32,000 bases of DNA, taken from contig NC_002677.1 of assembly GCF_000195855.1 (NCBI RefSeq), positions 2,820,001 through 2,852,000 on the forward strand, written 5' to 3'. This document shows positions 11,875-22,494 of the stretch, piece after piece. The position numbers and the translations under genes are program-made. This DNA is from Mycobacterium leprae TN. GTDB lineage: Bacteria; Actinomycetota; Actinomycetes; Mycobacteriales; Mycobacteriaceae. Within the stretch, counting starts at the first letter, position 1; the number at the start of each line of letters is the position of its first letter. A model generated the notes under the pieces. It had not been told where the DNA came from, ran no database searches, and worked only from the letters and a program-made list of their open reading frames with translations.

Positions 11875-13050
11875 AAATAACCTTATTCGGTGCATCTTGG
11901 TCGGTCGTGACCAGACGAGCTCAGCTGAGGTGGGGATGAGTTGCGGAATCATCGACTCGAAAGTTACGGTGATCTTGACGTCAACTTTGCCGGTTCTTAC
12001 GGCTCCGCGGCGTAGGTCTTCTCCAGATACAATATCAACCTTCCAGTTGTCCAACGCCAGATAGTAGTCTATTTTCTCGACGGAAAACCACCTGACCGTT
12101 TCGGAGCGTTACAGCAACTCGCTGCGAGTTAGCATGCCACGCATGTTCAGATAGACGCCATCGGCGCAGGGGTATTAGCCGTAATAACCCAGCAGATACC
12201 AGAAGAAATCTAACAGCAAGTCACCGATCTTCGTCATCTCCCAGTCCACAATCACTGCCAGTAAAGCCGGAATCCCGTACGCAAACATCACGTTGGCGAC
12301 TAGCGGTCAACTTAACGTTTCATGGAATCCATCGATATGGCGAAAGCCGTCGAGTCCTTAAGCGCGCCAATCCACTCTTCCTAGCTTAGCTGAGCCATAG
12401 ACAAGCTCGAACACCAGCCCGCGACGGGCCCTGCAGAGGTAGATATCAAACGGCGTTTGCTATCCGCAGTCCATCGGGCTCCACCCGTCTACTGCTTGCA
12501 TCACATAGAACGGCATACCGAGCACCGTGTCCGTCTCATCGGCGCGAAACGTCACTGCGCGCCAGAGAACGCCTGTATCAGCCTGATCTTTCGCAACAAG
12601 CCGTCGATACAGCTTGCAGCGGCGGTGTGTACCGGCCATCTAGAGCACCATGCGCGCCACTGCTGGTTTAGGACCTCACTCAATCAAACACAATGTGTTC
12701 TGCGAACAACCCTTTAGTTGTGCCAGCAATAGCTCTTAGCCGCCGCCCGGAGCGCCGTTTTCGTCCAACCACCGACCACACATCCAGCTAGGGCCCGGAT
12801 ACTTGTTGACCATTGTCTACACAACACTCTCCCGATACAGAGACAGAGCATTCTTACTAACGAACTTAGCAGCGCCGACAACCACTATGGGAAGAAACAT
12901 GGAGGTACTCCCGACCCGGCATACGTTACCACTGCGCAACAATACGGTGAGAGCTCCGACCCCGACCTGTCGAATAAAGGCTGGCGTAGGTCGCGGTCTG
13001 CCCGCTGTGGTTGCTTAGTTTACCATAACCCGGGTAGTGATCAGCCCGCA
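11875..13050 (-). pseudogene. Aminoglycoside-phosphotransferase-fold (APH/'FadE-associated' kinase-like) pseudogene
   Basis: Reverse-strand fragments: GMPFYVMQAVDGWSP, VANVMFAYGIPALLAVIVDWEMTKIGDLLLDFFWYLLGYY (Brenner/DWE motif), C-terminal YYLALDNWKVDIVSGEDLRRGAVRTG. Interrupted by stops and frameshifts. Confidence 0.6.
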
Positions 13051-13430
13051 GCGCCGTGCCGACCAAACCGACACACTAGTCGCGGCGGCGTGTAACCCAC
13101 CTGTCGACATAGACGACCGATTCGCGGAATACGACCGTAGCGGACCACTGTATATCCCCATCAAGCAGGTCTGTGCGGAAAATCCCGCGGAATGGGTGCG
13201 GATGACTCAAGGCCATCTGCCCGGTGTGGTCGCGAGGATGTTTTTCTTGCATGCGGCCGCACAGCGGTCAATAACCTGGTTGTCGCCGCCGATCCCGAAG
13301 ACACTGTTGCGATGTTCAGCCATGACGAGGTAATCAACGTGCTTCTGCACGATAGTCTGAGGACGGCCCCACTTTTATCACTTCCCCCCTCAACTAACAC
13401 GTCGCTGACACGGCGGTTGTACTAACGGTC
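13040..13430 (+). pseudogene. Short remnant, possibly the N-terminus of a cytochrome P450
   Basis: Only weak strings: DDRFAEYDRSGPL and, in another frame, TVAMFSHDEVINVLLHDSLRTAP, which resembles the P450 N-terminal 'W.vtrhddv..vL.D..f' region. No haem-binding region is present. Confidence 0.2.
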
Positions 13431-13469
13431 TGATCAGGCAACGGTAGCGACGGTGAATGCAGCCGAACA

Positions 13470-14648
13470 TGTGTGGATCTGTTACCCCGAAATCAGCGGT
13501 GGTGAATCCGGCCGCGACACCAGCGGTGGTAGACAAGTTCGAGTCGACAACAGCTGACCAACTCAAGGGGCTCGACCTGTCTGCATTGGACGGGTATCTG
13601 CGTTCATTCGGCATCGAGCGCTAAAGCAAATTGCGGGCAGACTTTATTTTCGGTGGCCACTCCAATCCGACTGTCCGAATTTACGACGACAAAACGAACT
13701 GGCTGGTTCGGCATCCACCGCTGCATCGGCTAACGCTGTCCACGCACGATATGGCACGAGAGTCGTCGCGCTGCAGGACATGGCCAGTTCCGGTGGCGCG
13801 CACCACCGCCCTGTGTCAGGACAACGCGGTGCTGGGTGCACCGTTTCAGGTCTCAAATTCGTTGCCGGGCAAGTAGTGCAGCGGTGTGTCCAGCTCGAAG
13901 CGTTAGACGGCCGTTACGTAATCGACAGCTGCGTCAACGGATTGATCCGAGTACTCGTCAACTTGCACAGAATTAACTCAAACGCGGTAGGACTGAGTAA
14001 TTTCGGCAAATTCAGCGAATATCTGGAACACCAGGGGCGCCGATGAGGTTCGCAATGGGACCTGGTACGACTACCCGGCAACCACCCCTACGCCGACGTC
14101 GATCGACTACATTCCATTCTGCGCCAAACTATTCCACAACGGGGCCGCACCTCGATCGTGCACAGTTACTACTGGATCGACCACACCATTCTGGACGACG
14201 ACAACCCAACACAAGTTCGAGTTGTTGTGGACTGGGAGCTCTCGACTCTAGGAGGACCCGCTCAAACTATACGGCGTCGATGTGCGTGTACCACTACCCC
14301 GAGCTTGACTTGATCGTCAACGCGCCAACCGTCTGGACATCGCCGCTGCTACCAACATCCGACAAACTTGCAGATCGGTACTTGCTGGTTACCGGCTTGC
14401 CTCTAGCGCATTGGAAATGCTACATGGCGCTGGGCTATTTCAAGCTAGCCATCATGGCCGCGGGCATCGATTTGCAAACGTATGTCAGAACAGGAACAGG
14501 GAAAGACGAAACGTTTAACGACAGGAAGCTTGAAGTCGTAGCAACGTTGATTTCCCTAGAACTGGCGACGCTTCATCACGCTGAGCATGTAGTCAACGGT
14601 TTTAGCACTCATCTCATCACCGATGAGCCGCCACGTAGCGCTTTTTGA
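13470..14648 (+). pseudogene. APH-fold phosphotransferase pseudogene (fadE36/Rv3761c-like)
   Basis: LDGYLRSFGIER*, FIFGGHSNPTVRIYDDKTNWLVRHPPLHRLTLSTHDMARESSR, DNAVLGAPFQVSNSLPGK*, VVDWELSTLGG, HWKCYMALGYFKLAIMAAGIDLQ. These are typical APH-family blocks spread over different frames with stops. It is convergent with the Rv3760-like gene, as in M. tuberculosis. Confidence 0.65.
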
Positions 14649-14958
14649 CCGTGCGGCGCAGCTGAAGGATCCGCGCGGTGCCGACTGCCACTGCTAGCAG
14701 TCCACCACCCACGGCCGACAACATTATGGCTACCCCCAGAGGCAAGCTCCAATGCCAGCCGAAGAAGGTGAAAGGTGTAGACGTAGTGTTTTGTGCGATG
14801 AAAATCAGCAACAGGATCAAGATCAAGAAGCCGGCAAACAATGCCGACCACAAAGCGCCCGCGCGGGTAACCGGGACAGCCCGTTCCCCAGGTGTCAGTC
14901 CGACGGCGGGCGCTGGCTGACTAGGCGGGCCAGAAGGATTGCTGGTCATAAATGCCAT
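14617..14958 (-). CDS. Small conserved membrane protein, DUF1049/LapA-like (Rv3760-like), 113 aa, apparently intact
   Basis: Uninterrupted ORF. Pro-rich N-terminus followed by two hydrophobic helices (ALWSALFAGFLILILLLIFIAQN and WSLPLGVAIMLSAVGGGLLAVAV) and a basic tail ILQLRRTVKKR. Its position matches Rv3760 in the M. tuberculosis-syntenic block. Confidence 0.7.
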   Translation of the reverse strand: MAFMTSNPSGPPSQPAPAVGLTPGERAVPVTRAGALWSALFAGFLILILLLIFIAQNTTSTPFTFFGWHWSLPLGVAIMLSAVGGGLLAVAVGTARILQLRRTVKKRYVAAHR

Positions 14959-14999
14959 CTTGGTCCTATCTCAGGCAAAATGGAACCAAAACGCACGAA

Positions 15000-15950
15000 A
15001 AATCTGCCAGTCCGCACGCAGATGCAGCAACGCCTCATCGTTTCTGACGTTAGAGTCGGCGGTATAGAGATTCCGCAACGCGTGCGTTTGCAATACTGCC
15101 CGTAGAAGCATAGCGCGTCACCAGGTTCCTGGTTGCCTCCTGCAGCAATTCCGATCCGTTCGGGGCACAGACTCGCAGCGTGAAATTCACCGTGATCAAT
15201 TCCGGTGCTTTTCGGAATCTGCGATCACCGCCGAAATCTATGCGCACAAGCGTCGCAGGTCATGGTTTCGACATCGGGTGGCGGATGGGAATGAGCAACT
15301 ACGAAACGTATACCCCGATACTCACTCAAAGACCATTCCATTGACCTAGTACAGAGTACATCAGCAACCTGTTGTTGGTATTTTCAACTTGACTCCACAA
15401 CAACCGTGTTCGACGCAGTCGACTTGGAGCTCTATAAGCTCCGGCCCGGAGACCCATCGATTCTAACGCCATCACCGGCTTCTGACACCGACACGGTAAC
15501 TGTCACCAATCAGACCTCCACCGCGTGGCCACTCGAAAACAATCACTAACTTGGCGAACACATTCGCTGGATGTGAAGTTTGCCGCTCCGCCAGCCGTAC
15601 AAAGGATTGCGACAGAAGTTACTCACTCGATATCAGCCCGAGCAACCTAGTGGTGCCCAACGACTACGGCGGTGCGGTAACCGTGCACACCCCCGGGGAA
15701 GGGAGGGTGACCGCCGCCAACATCCTTCGGTACATCGCAGGCCATCCCACAAAATCACCTGGTGGCACTCGAGGATCCAAAGCACCACTTCCTAGCCAGC
15801 AACATGTTCCGCTGGTCAATTCGCAGCAGAAATCGGACCGTCTCAAAGATGTGCTGGACACGGTTTCAGCTGGTTTGGCCACCGCTGCTTCCCTTGAACT
15901 GCAGGTTGCTGTCGTGTTTGTGTCTGTGGCGGTGAGTTGTTCGGTTGGTT
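15000..15950 (+). pseudogene. Osmoprotectant/glycine-betaine ABC substrate-binding protein pseudogene (proX-like)
   Basis: VRVGGIEIPQRVRLQYCP* resembles the OpuAC start 'i.VGs.nF.E..lla.iya'. Later, PLVNSQQKSDRLKDVLDTVSAGLATAASLELQV resembles 'vvr......l..vLn.vs.kLtt..l..LN'. Heavily disrupted; the call is supported mainly by synteny (Rv3759c next to Rv3760). Confidence 0.35.
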
Positions 15951-16720
15951 TCATAGGTGGTGGGTGAAATGGCTGTTTTTGCGTTTTATGACTGGCCGAT
16001 ATGTTCGGTAGTCGTGGGGGGCAGCCCGGAATCCTGTTGACGTGTTTTGCTGTGTTGCGGGGTTTTTGTTGGTGGGTGGCTGACTGCCTGCTTTCGATGA
16101 GGCTTCGTGTGCTTTGCCGCAGTGGACACGATTAGCGCGGCGCACGTAAGCATGTCGGTGGTGGGTGCTGCTTGGTCTACATGTTGATGATGCCAGGGGC
16201 TGGGCACCTGGGCTGTGCTGAAGGCGATATCGATGCAGGCGTGAGTGTGAGGATAGTTGTTAGCGCCGCGGGGTAGGGGCGTTTTAGTGTGCATGTCATG
16301 GCCTTGAGGTGTCGGCGTGGTCAATGTGGCCGCACCTGAACAGGCACGTCCCCGTGCACGGTATAACTATTCGCACCTGATGTTATCCCTTGCACCATTT
16401 CTGCCGCTGGTATCGGTGTCGGCGGCTTGTTGACCGGCCCTCAGCCAGCAAGCAGGCATGCCGCCGGGTGCAGCAGTATCGTGTTAGTGAACAGTGCATC
16501 GATGATCCGGCCGTCGGCGGCACATACGGCAACCTTCTAGCGCAGATCAACCACCCACACCCCACCAGCCCACCACAACACCACCCTTAGGCCTCAATCA
16601 CCCCAACAATGCCCCGTCCGATGCTGACTCGCACAAAGACCGACAGCGACGATGATCAGATTAGGTGAACAGGTAGTCGGTGAGAGCTGCTGGCTAGCCG
16701 CTTGAGGTCCACCTTCCTCG
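15950..16720 (+). repeat. RLEP, the M. leprae-specific dispersed repeat (element ends approximate)
   Basis: Contains verbatim the widely used RLEP assay sequences. TGCATGTCATGGCCTTGAGG (16290-16309) to the rc of CACCGATACCAGCGGCAGAA (16399-18) gives the 129-bp amplicon. Nested primers TGAGGTGTCGGCGTGGTC and the rc of CAGAAATGGTGCAAGGGA are present. TaqMan set: GCAGTATCGTGTTAGTGAA (16473-16491), probe TCGATGATCCGGCCGTCGGCG (16499-16519), rc of CGCTAGAAGGTTGCCGTATG (16523-16542). No convincing protein-coding potential. Confidence 0.9.
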
Positions 16721-16767
16721 CGCCCACGGCTTCGAGGACAGGCGCCAAAGGATGCGATGCAGTGAGC

Positions 16768-18740
16768 TTACTCCGGATGGAACCGGCGCCTGGTGTCTGA
16801 GCTCATGATGCCGGTGGCGCTGGTTGCCTTGTTGAAAAAGCCTGAGACCAGGATATCCGCTGTTAAAGGCATTCGTACGGAGTTTCTGAGGGCCGAGCTA
16901 GGACCAGTTGCGCTTCCGACGCCGGCCGAGGTTCGGGTTACCCGACTCGAATCCGATGATAAGATGATAACGGCTATAGCCTGGTTTGGCGCGGCTGCGT
17001 TGAGCAAGATCGAGTTTAGATTTGCCCCGTTGAGACCACCCGTTACGTAGCAGCGGCCGGAGTGGAAGAAGCTGACGTTGCCCGGGCCGCCCAGTCCGGG
17101 CGTCTACCAGCCGAGGGTTTCCTAGTACCGGGGTCACGCCGGTGACTTGGGTGATGCCCGCGGTTCCGCTGCGGACGTTACCACTCGCGAAGCTTGCGCT
17201 ATTCGTGCCGATGCTGATACCAAGGTAGCGCAACGTTCGCTGCCCCGAAGCCAATTGCTCAGCCGCTGTAGACACGCAGGCGTGGTACCCCGAACATCGC
17301 ATCTACTTCCCACGCCCACATTATTCTTGTACGCGGCTTAGATGTCGACGATCACGGGAGCCTGTTTTGCACCAACCAGCTTGTGGCCGCTAACACTTGC
17401 ACTAGGACCCGATTGACCGCCACCACCGCAAGCTAGACTGTGGTCGCTACTGTCGCCTCGAACACGGCTGTAGTGGCCTGAGTGCTGCACTAAATCATCC
17501 ACGTTGGCGTCGCCGCAGCCAGCATCGCTGCCGACGACAGAAGGTCCTCGGACAACTGGTTTTTGCTGCAGCAAGCAGTGGCCCCGATCCGGGACCAACG
17601 AACATGAGTACCGAATTGATTTCAGTCGGCAACCAAACGTGATGCCGATGTGTCACAACTCAAACTTAATGGTAAAGACCACTACCGTAACCGTATCATC
17701 CGCACTGGGGCGTGGATTGCAGGACATGTACCAGATTGCCGGGACGGGCATCGGTCGGCAACCTGTTGTCGACTACATACTTGGCCGACAACCACGGTCG
17801 CGACGTAGCTCTCGGCGATCTGGTCGTAGTTGATCACCGGCTTATACACCCGAAGGGTGATGTGGTCGATGACGTTCAGGTCGGGGCCTTGTAGCCGACT
17901 GCGATCCGGCCGCGGTCGGCCGTGCCGGCGACGCAGGCCGGCAAGGAGGTGATTTCACAGGCAACGAGAACCGTCCACGCGCCCAGTCACATGCCCAATC
18001 ACGCCAGGAAGAGCAGTCGGGTAGCTAGTGTCGCAGATCATGCCGTAGCATGTGCCGCCGTCGCGGTGCAGTAGCTTTCCGACGATGTCTCGTGAGTTGT
18101 CTTCTAGGTTGCTGGTCGCGGCAAGCAGCATGACATTACCGTCGTCGAGAACCCGATGTAGGAGACTTACATCGGGTTTTCGACGACAGCCGCGGGTACG
18201 AGTGGCTATGTAGTAATCGCCGGTCGAGTTCGTTATTGGGGTTGGTCCCCTAGTGGGAAATCCAGTACTGTGCCTGCGCCACGTACAGGATCGGATGATC
18301 ATGCCCAGGCTTGTCGGCCAGGATGCGGGCGCTAACCTCGGGCCAGCGTATCTGCACGACGTGCTCGGCCAACGCTAGCTGGGCGATTCCGCGGTAGCTG
18401 GGGTATAACACGAACGGGTTGACGAAGAGCTGCAATCCGATCGTACGCGGCAATAACTGCGCGGGTGAATTGCAAAACCGCCAGCTCCAACCCTAATTTA
18501 CTGGCCTTCTTTATCCGGTCGCGTTGGGTCACCCGCGTAGGCGAAAACCATCGTGAAAGTGACCGACAAGCCGGATCTCCTCGACGACATCGAAAACCTC
18601 CTGCAGCACCGGCTGATAGCCGGTGCTGCAGGAATGTCAGTCACGCATTGGAGCCGGCCACCGCCGCCATCGACCACCCCCTTGGTGATCCCTTTAAATC
18701 TCCTCGCGGGTGGTGTCGTAGCTCGGGATCGGTTGATCCG
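16768..18740 (-). pseudogene. PPE-family (MPTR-type) pseudogene, possibly the PPE10/Rv0442c orthologue
   Basis: N-terminal PPE-domain remnants on the reverse strand: PRTIGLQLFVNPFVLYPSYRGIAQLALAEHVVQIRWPEV (compare NR..L..Lv.tN.lGqNt.aIa..EaeY.emWaqD). C-terminal NxGxGNxG-type degenerate repeats: GISIGTNSASFASGNVRSGTAGIT, GNVSFFHSGRCYVTGGLNGANLNSILLNAAAPNQAIAV, SGFFNKATSATGI. Many frame changes and stops. The 3' end abuts RLEP. Confidence 0.6.
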
Positions 18741-18884
18741 CTCTCGGTCTGGTGTATGGTCAGCAGCTGCTACGCGAAGCCCAACGCTCCAATCTCCATA
18801 GCTTGCTTCGGCCAACGTGCGCATTTACGCGAAATTTCCAGTAGTGGCTGGTTCGCAGTCGGCTCCGCGCTAACTCATAACGTA

Positions 18885-19520
18885 GACCCGCAGCGGAGAA
18901 GGCGGCAAAGTAAGTAGCGACATCAATATCACGTTTGTCGGCTTCCAGGGCATAACAAATACTCAAAGAAAAGTTTACCGGTCCACGGCAGGCCGTCAGT
19001 CACCACAACACTCTAGAGAATGTCCACGACACCCCAGCCATCACGTCGACGAGTACGTCGTGGTCTTCTTGGCTGCACAGCGCGAAGTCAACTCCGCAGT
19101 TTCCCATCCGTTACCCCGTGCGCGGACGACGGGGGTCAGGGCGCTGCCTACCTAGATGGTCTAACCGCTGACGAGGGCGCCACGGCTCGGTGCCCATTGT
19201 TCCTGCGGATGTTCGACCTTGAGGCCGATCGCCACAAATAGTAAACGGTAGTCCGGCAACGGCGACGGCATGTTGTTAATCACCAGCGCGCCCGTGTTTC
19301 GATCGCAACGAGCACATCATCGTGGCCGTCCCGGTAGCCTACGAAACAAAGACGGTCCGCACATCCGGGGCCGCCAAGGTCATTCTCGAGGTCGAGATCG
19401 GTGCGGCCAGCAGCGAGGAAGGACGCGGGGCGACATCAACACCCCGGCGGCAAACGTGTCCGGGGTCACTACGATCGTTGCCGCGGCCGCCAATACTGTT
19501 GGACGCCTACGTAACCGGCC
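18885..19520 (-). pseudogene. rskA: Anti-sigma-K factor RskA pseudogene (N-terminal anti-sigma domain apparently deleted)
   Basis: Reverse-strand fragments: RRRPTVLAAAATIVVTPDTFAAGVLMSP (TM segment), PDVRTVFVS*ATGTATMMCSLR / CDRNTGALVINNMPSPLP (compare the RskA extracellular domain 'APDVRTV...[20 protein letters not shown]'), ICYALEADKRDIDVATYFAAFS (C-terminus). It lies immediately downstream of the sigK remnant. Confidence 0.55.
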
Positions 19521-20080
19521 CGACCCCGTATCGGGTTTCACCGCGGCGAGTTTGGCCGCACGAAGCTGTTCCTGCGGTACAGCCGGTGATCGCCGCCCAA
19601 CATTACCGCCATGGTCTCGCGGACGGCTAGAACTTAGTTGGTAAAAGCGGCTGCGTCCCACCGACAACGCCTCCAGGTAGACGAGTTACCCGACAACGCT
19701 CGTCATTGGTCATCGCCGACTAAGGGACCAGGTCGTGCTCCGCGGCGCTGGCCGGGTCTACACTGGCCACAGCGTAATACGATTCCGGCGGCTGCCGGCT
19801 TCTTCGCTGCGCACCCTGTCCGGGAAACACGACCACCGTCTTACCCACCGACACTGCTTGACCCATCACCACGCCAGCGCCCCACTGCCCGCTCTTGTCA
19901 GAGTACTATTCTCACGCCACTCACGACACCTTGTAAGTAGACATCCTGAGTGGTTTCTTCGCTGTAGCCCGAACCACGCAGCGACCGTATCACGGGTCTG
20001 TAGACCCGCGTCTTAATGACAAGATAGCGCGCGACGAGCACGCGCGGTTGTCGGTGCATGAAATATGCCGTTAGCTTTTG
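19520..20080 (-). pseudogene. sigK: ECF sigma factor SigK pseudogene
   Basis: ARYLVIKTRVYRPVIRSLRGSGYSEETTQDVYLQ (compare SigK FAEFYDHTKSRVYGLVMRVLRDTGYSEETTQEIYLE). After frameshifts: GSGALAW*W...VDRVRSEEA (region 2, 'GSALAWL..AHRRAVDRVR') and LEALSVGRSRFYQLSS...PQEQLRAAKLAAVK (region 4). Stops and frameshifts are present. Confidence 0.7.
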
Positions 20081-20084
20081 ATAT

Positions 20085-20700
20085 TTAGGCGCAACCGAGA
20101 CGGTCTTTCATGTACTTATCGGTGAGTTGGTCCCCGCTCAAGTACATCAGGAAATGGGCTATCACCAACGATGAAACCATCCTGGCCAACGATACCCAGC
20201 CGTTGATCGTGCTCGAGTCACAAAACCCACCACACGCAGACGTCACCAAAGTAGTTGGGGTGGAGCGTCCAGGCTCACAGGTCGCGGTCCATAATGAACC
20301 CGGCAATTGGCCGAGTCGGATTAAATATCCGCAGCTGAGAATTCCCGATAACTGTAGCAGTAATGAAACAAATAGCATCAAGAAGCCATGTAAGAGAAAG
20401 ATTCTTTATACCACGTGACCCGCCGCGGCGTCGTGCAACAGGTTGGCGTAGCGTGTCCCCGCGCTCTTGCCAGCCTTCTTGCGGTAAATGAACTAGCTCA
20501 GCCGCAGAGCCCAGGTCGGCGACAGCACTAGCAGCAGCCACGGCGACAAAGCCCAGGTTCCATGCCACATCAATGATGTTGTAGTGCCCCGACCTCCTAC
20601 CGATGGCAAACGTGATCGAATGCACCACCGCCAGCCGCTAACACCGAAACGTTTGCAATCACCCGAATGCCGTCATCGTTCACAACTCCCGCCGCGCGCG
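20085..20700 (-). pseudogene. DUF1295 (steroid-5-alpha-reductase-like) membrane protein pseudogene (Rv0446c-like)
   Basis: ORFs 20275..20628 and 20085..20381 lie in different frames: HSITFAIGRRSGHYNIIDVAWNLGFVAVA, then ...INGWVSLARMVSSLVIAHFLMYLSGDQLTDKYMKDRLG (compare the family end 'sP.lmt.lL..vSG..l.Ek.m..rpgY'). Frameshifted. Confidence 0.55.
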
Positions 20701-21655
20701 AACGTTCACTGGTAGACACCTAGATAACCGACCCAGAAGCCCAACTTCGCATATACCGCGGTACAGATCGTACATCTGCATCTTCTCGACAACCTCGTCG
20801 AAAAACCAAGTGCTCCAATGTATATAGCGGCTACATGAACCTACCCTGCCAGAGTCGCAGAATTTCGGCATGATGCGTACGCAATAGGGTCATATCGACA
20901 GCACGTACCCAGTTGTGTCGCTCGGTGATACCGACGATGGCCTCCGTGAAGGGTGGAAGGACGTCAGAGAAGAAGATGTACTTCGTGAATCCAAAGTGTG
21001 TTGCAAACGGCCAACATCAGTGCGTTCGGCATGGTTATCGCCTTGATCACGAGGTGCGCCTACCAGCCTTTCCAAGGCGTAACAAAATACCGAGCCCATA
21101 CAATGGTATCCACACCGGCGAAACCATCTACTCTTACCGAACGCAGTCTAACACCCCCAACACAATTCTCAACGTTCTAACAACCAAGGACCACTAGAAA
21201 GTCATAGCTTCTATCGACGTCGCGGTACATAGCGTAGGTCAATCTCGACTTGATACGACAACCCGACTATGACGGCACGTTGTCACGTCAGGACACTGCT
21301 GCTTGATGAGTAAGATAACTGAGCGGGCGTAGGCTCCACAAGTGGCCGCGTGTATGCCCAGCCGACCCACCCAATTCCTATTTCGAGCACCTGTCTGGTC
21401 GCTTTTAGACTCCGGCCATATTGAGCAGACGGTTGATCTTGCGTCGTTGAGTCGCAGCCAAATCGCGCCACCGGGATGTTCGAGTTGGCAGTTGGGTTAA
21501 TAACGCGCATGAGTACGTCATGGCCTGGTAGAGAAACTCCACGAACAGATGGTGACAGGCCACCACCAGAAATCGGCTTAACCACAATGTGATTCCCTGT
21601 ATTCGGCTATGCGTCGCCACCGACAACGGTGCCAGCGGTGAAATTATTTGCATGA
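20680..21655 (-). pseudogene. ufaA1: Cyclopropane-fatty-acyl-phospholipid synthase-like methyltransferase pseudogene (ufaA1/Rv0447c-like)
   Basis: Reverse-strand fragments: VINPTANSNIP, RQVLEIGIGWVGWA (SAM motif I 'VLEIGcGWG'), LTYAMYRDVDRSYDFLVV ('dYRDv.g.yDaivS'), HLVIKAITMP ('lQaItm'), C-terminal FDEVVEKMQMYDLYRGICEVGLLGR ('fde.f.RmW.fYL.yceagF'). Several stops and frameshifts. Confidence 0.6.
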
Positions 21656-21658
21656 TAG

Positions 21659-22340
21659 CTACTTGCCGGGTTGTTGTCGGTCGACGCGCAGGCTGGCTAT
21701 AGCTATAGGAGTCGACCGGTGATTATGGTGCAAGGTAACGGTGATGTGGACCTTGCTGTCGGGTTGTGGTGCGTGCACCGAATAAGACCATCCACCTGAT
21801 TGAACGGGGAAACGTAGCAGGCTTTTGCCGTCGCCACAGGCTGGTCGGCTGATGGTAATCAAGTAGTAATAAATTTTAAAATATAGCGTTCACCGTAGGT
21901 ATCGTGCACTTCGCCGACCGAATGGCACATAAGCCCGTCGCGGGCGCGGTATCAAAAGATACGCTCAACGGGGTAAAGACATGCCCGAGTACACGCGCTT
22001 GTCGCAGTGCGGTGATGCGGCCCTCAGGGAACAGCAACCCAGCGGTCGGTGAAGACGACTTTAAGCAATATAGTTCAGCCGAATGGCGTCATCGTCGTTG
22101 TCGGCGATGGCGTCCTGGTCCTCTAAATTCCAGGTGCTGCGCAGAGCGAATGCATAGTAGGTCAACTCGTCCAAGTATCCGAACGTTGCGCTGCCCACCT
22201 GATATTTGCCGTAGCCGGGGTAGTCTCCGCTTTTACCCAACACCCAGGTAGGTTTAGGGCGTGAGCCTGGTGTGCGGGGTGGTGTTGACCGACTGTGTTG
22301 GGTCTGGCAATGAAATATCCGGATTAGCAGCAACAAGCAG
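21659..22340 (-). pseudogene. DUF1365 protein pseudogene (Rv0448c-like)
   Basis: Weak family resemblance in ORFs 22061..22336 (FGYLDELTYYAFALRSTWNLEDQD, compare 'F.Y....wlvDlDel') and 21659..21862, which are in different frames. The call rests mainly on position between the ufaA1-like and mmpL remnants. Confidence 0.35.
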
Positions 22341-22494
22341 TTAGTAGATCAGTTCTTCGGTGGCGTTTAAGCTGAACAAGAACATCACCGAAAGCACCGG
22401 CAAGATGCACGGCGACATTCCGGTAATCAGGCCACTCAAAATCCGATCTAGCGCGATCGTGTGTATAGCTTGCTATGCGGATAGGGTGAGATTA

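Noticed and set aside
19808-19846. Minus-strand string GKTVVVFPGQGAQ, which resembles the acyltransferase (malonyl-CoA:ACP transacylase / PKS AT) signature
   Set aside because: It is an isolated match in the wrong frame of the sigK remnant. The adjacent frame reads ...VDRVRSEEA, which fits sigma-factor region 2, and no other AT or PKS motifs occur nearby.
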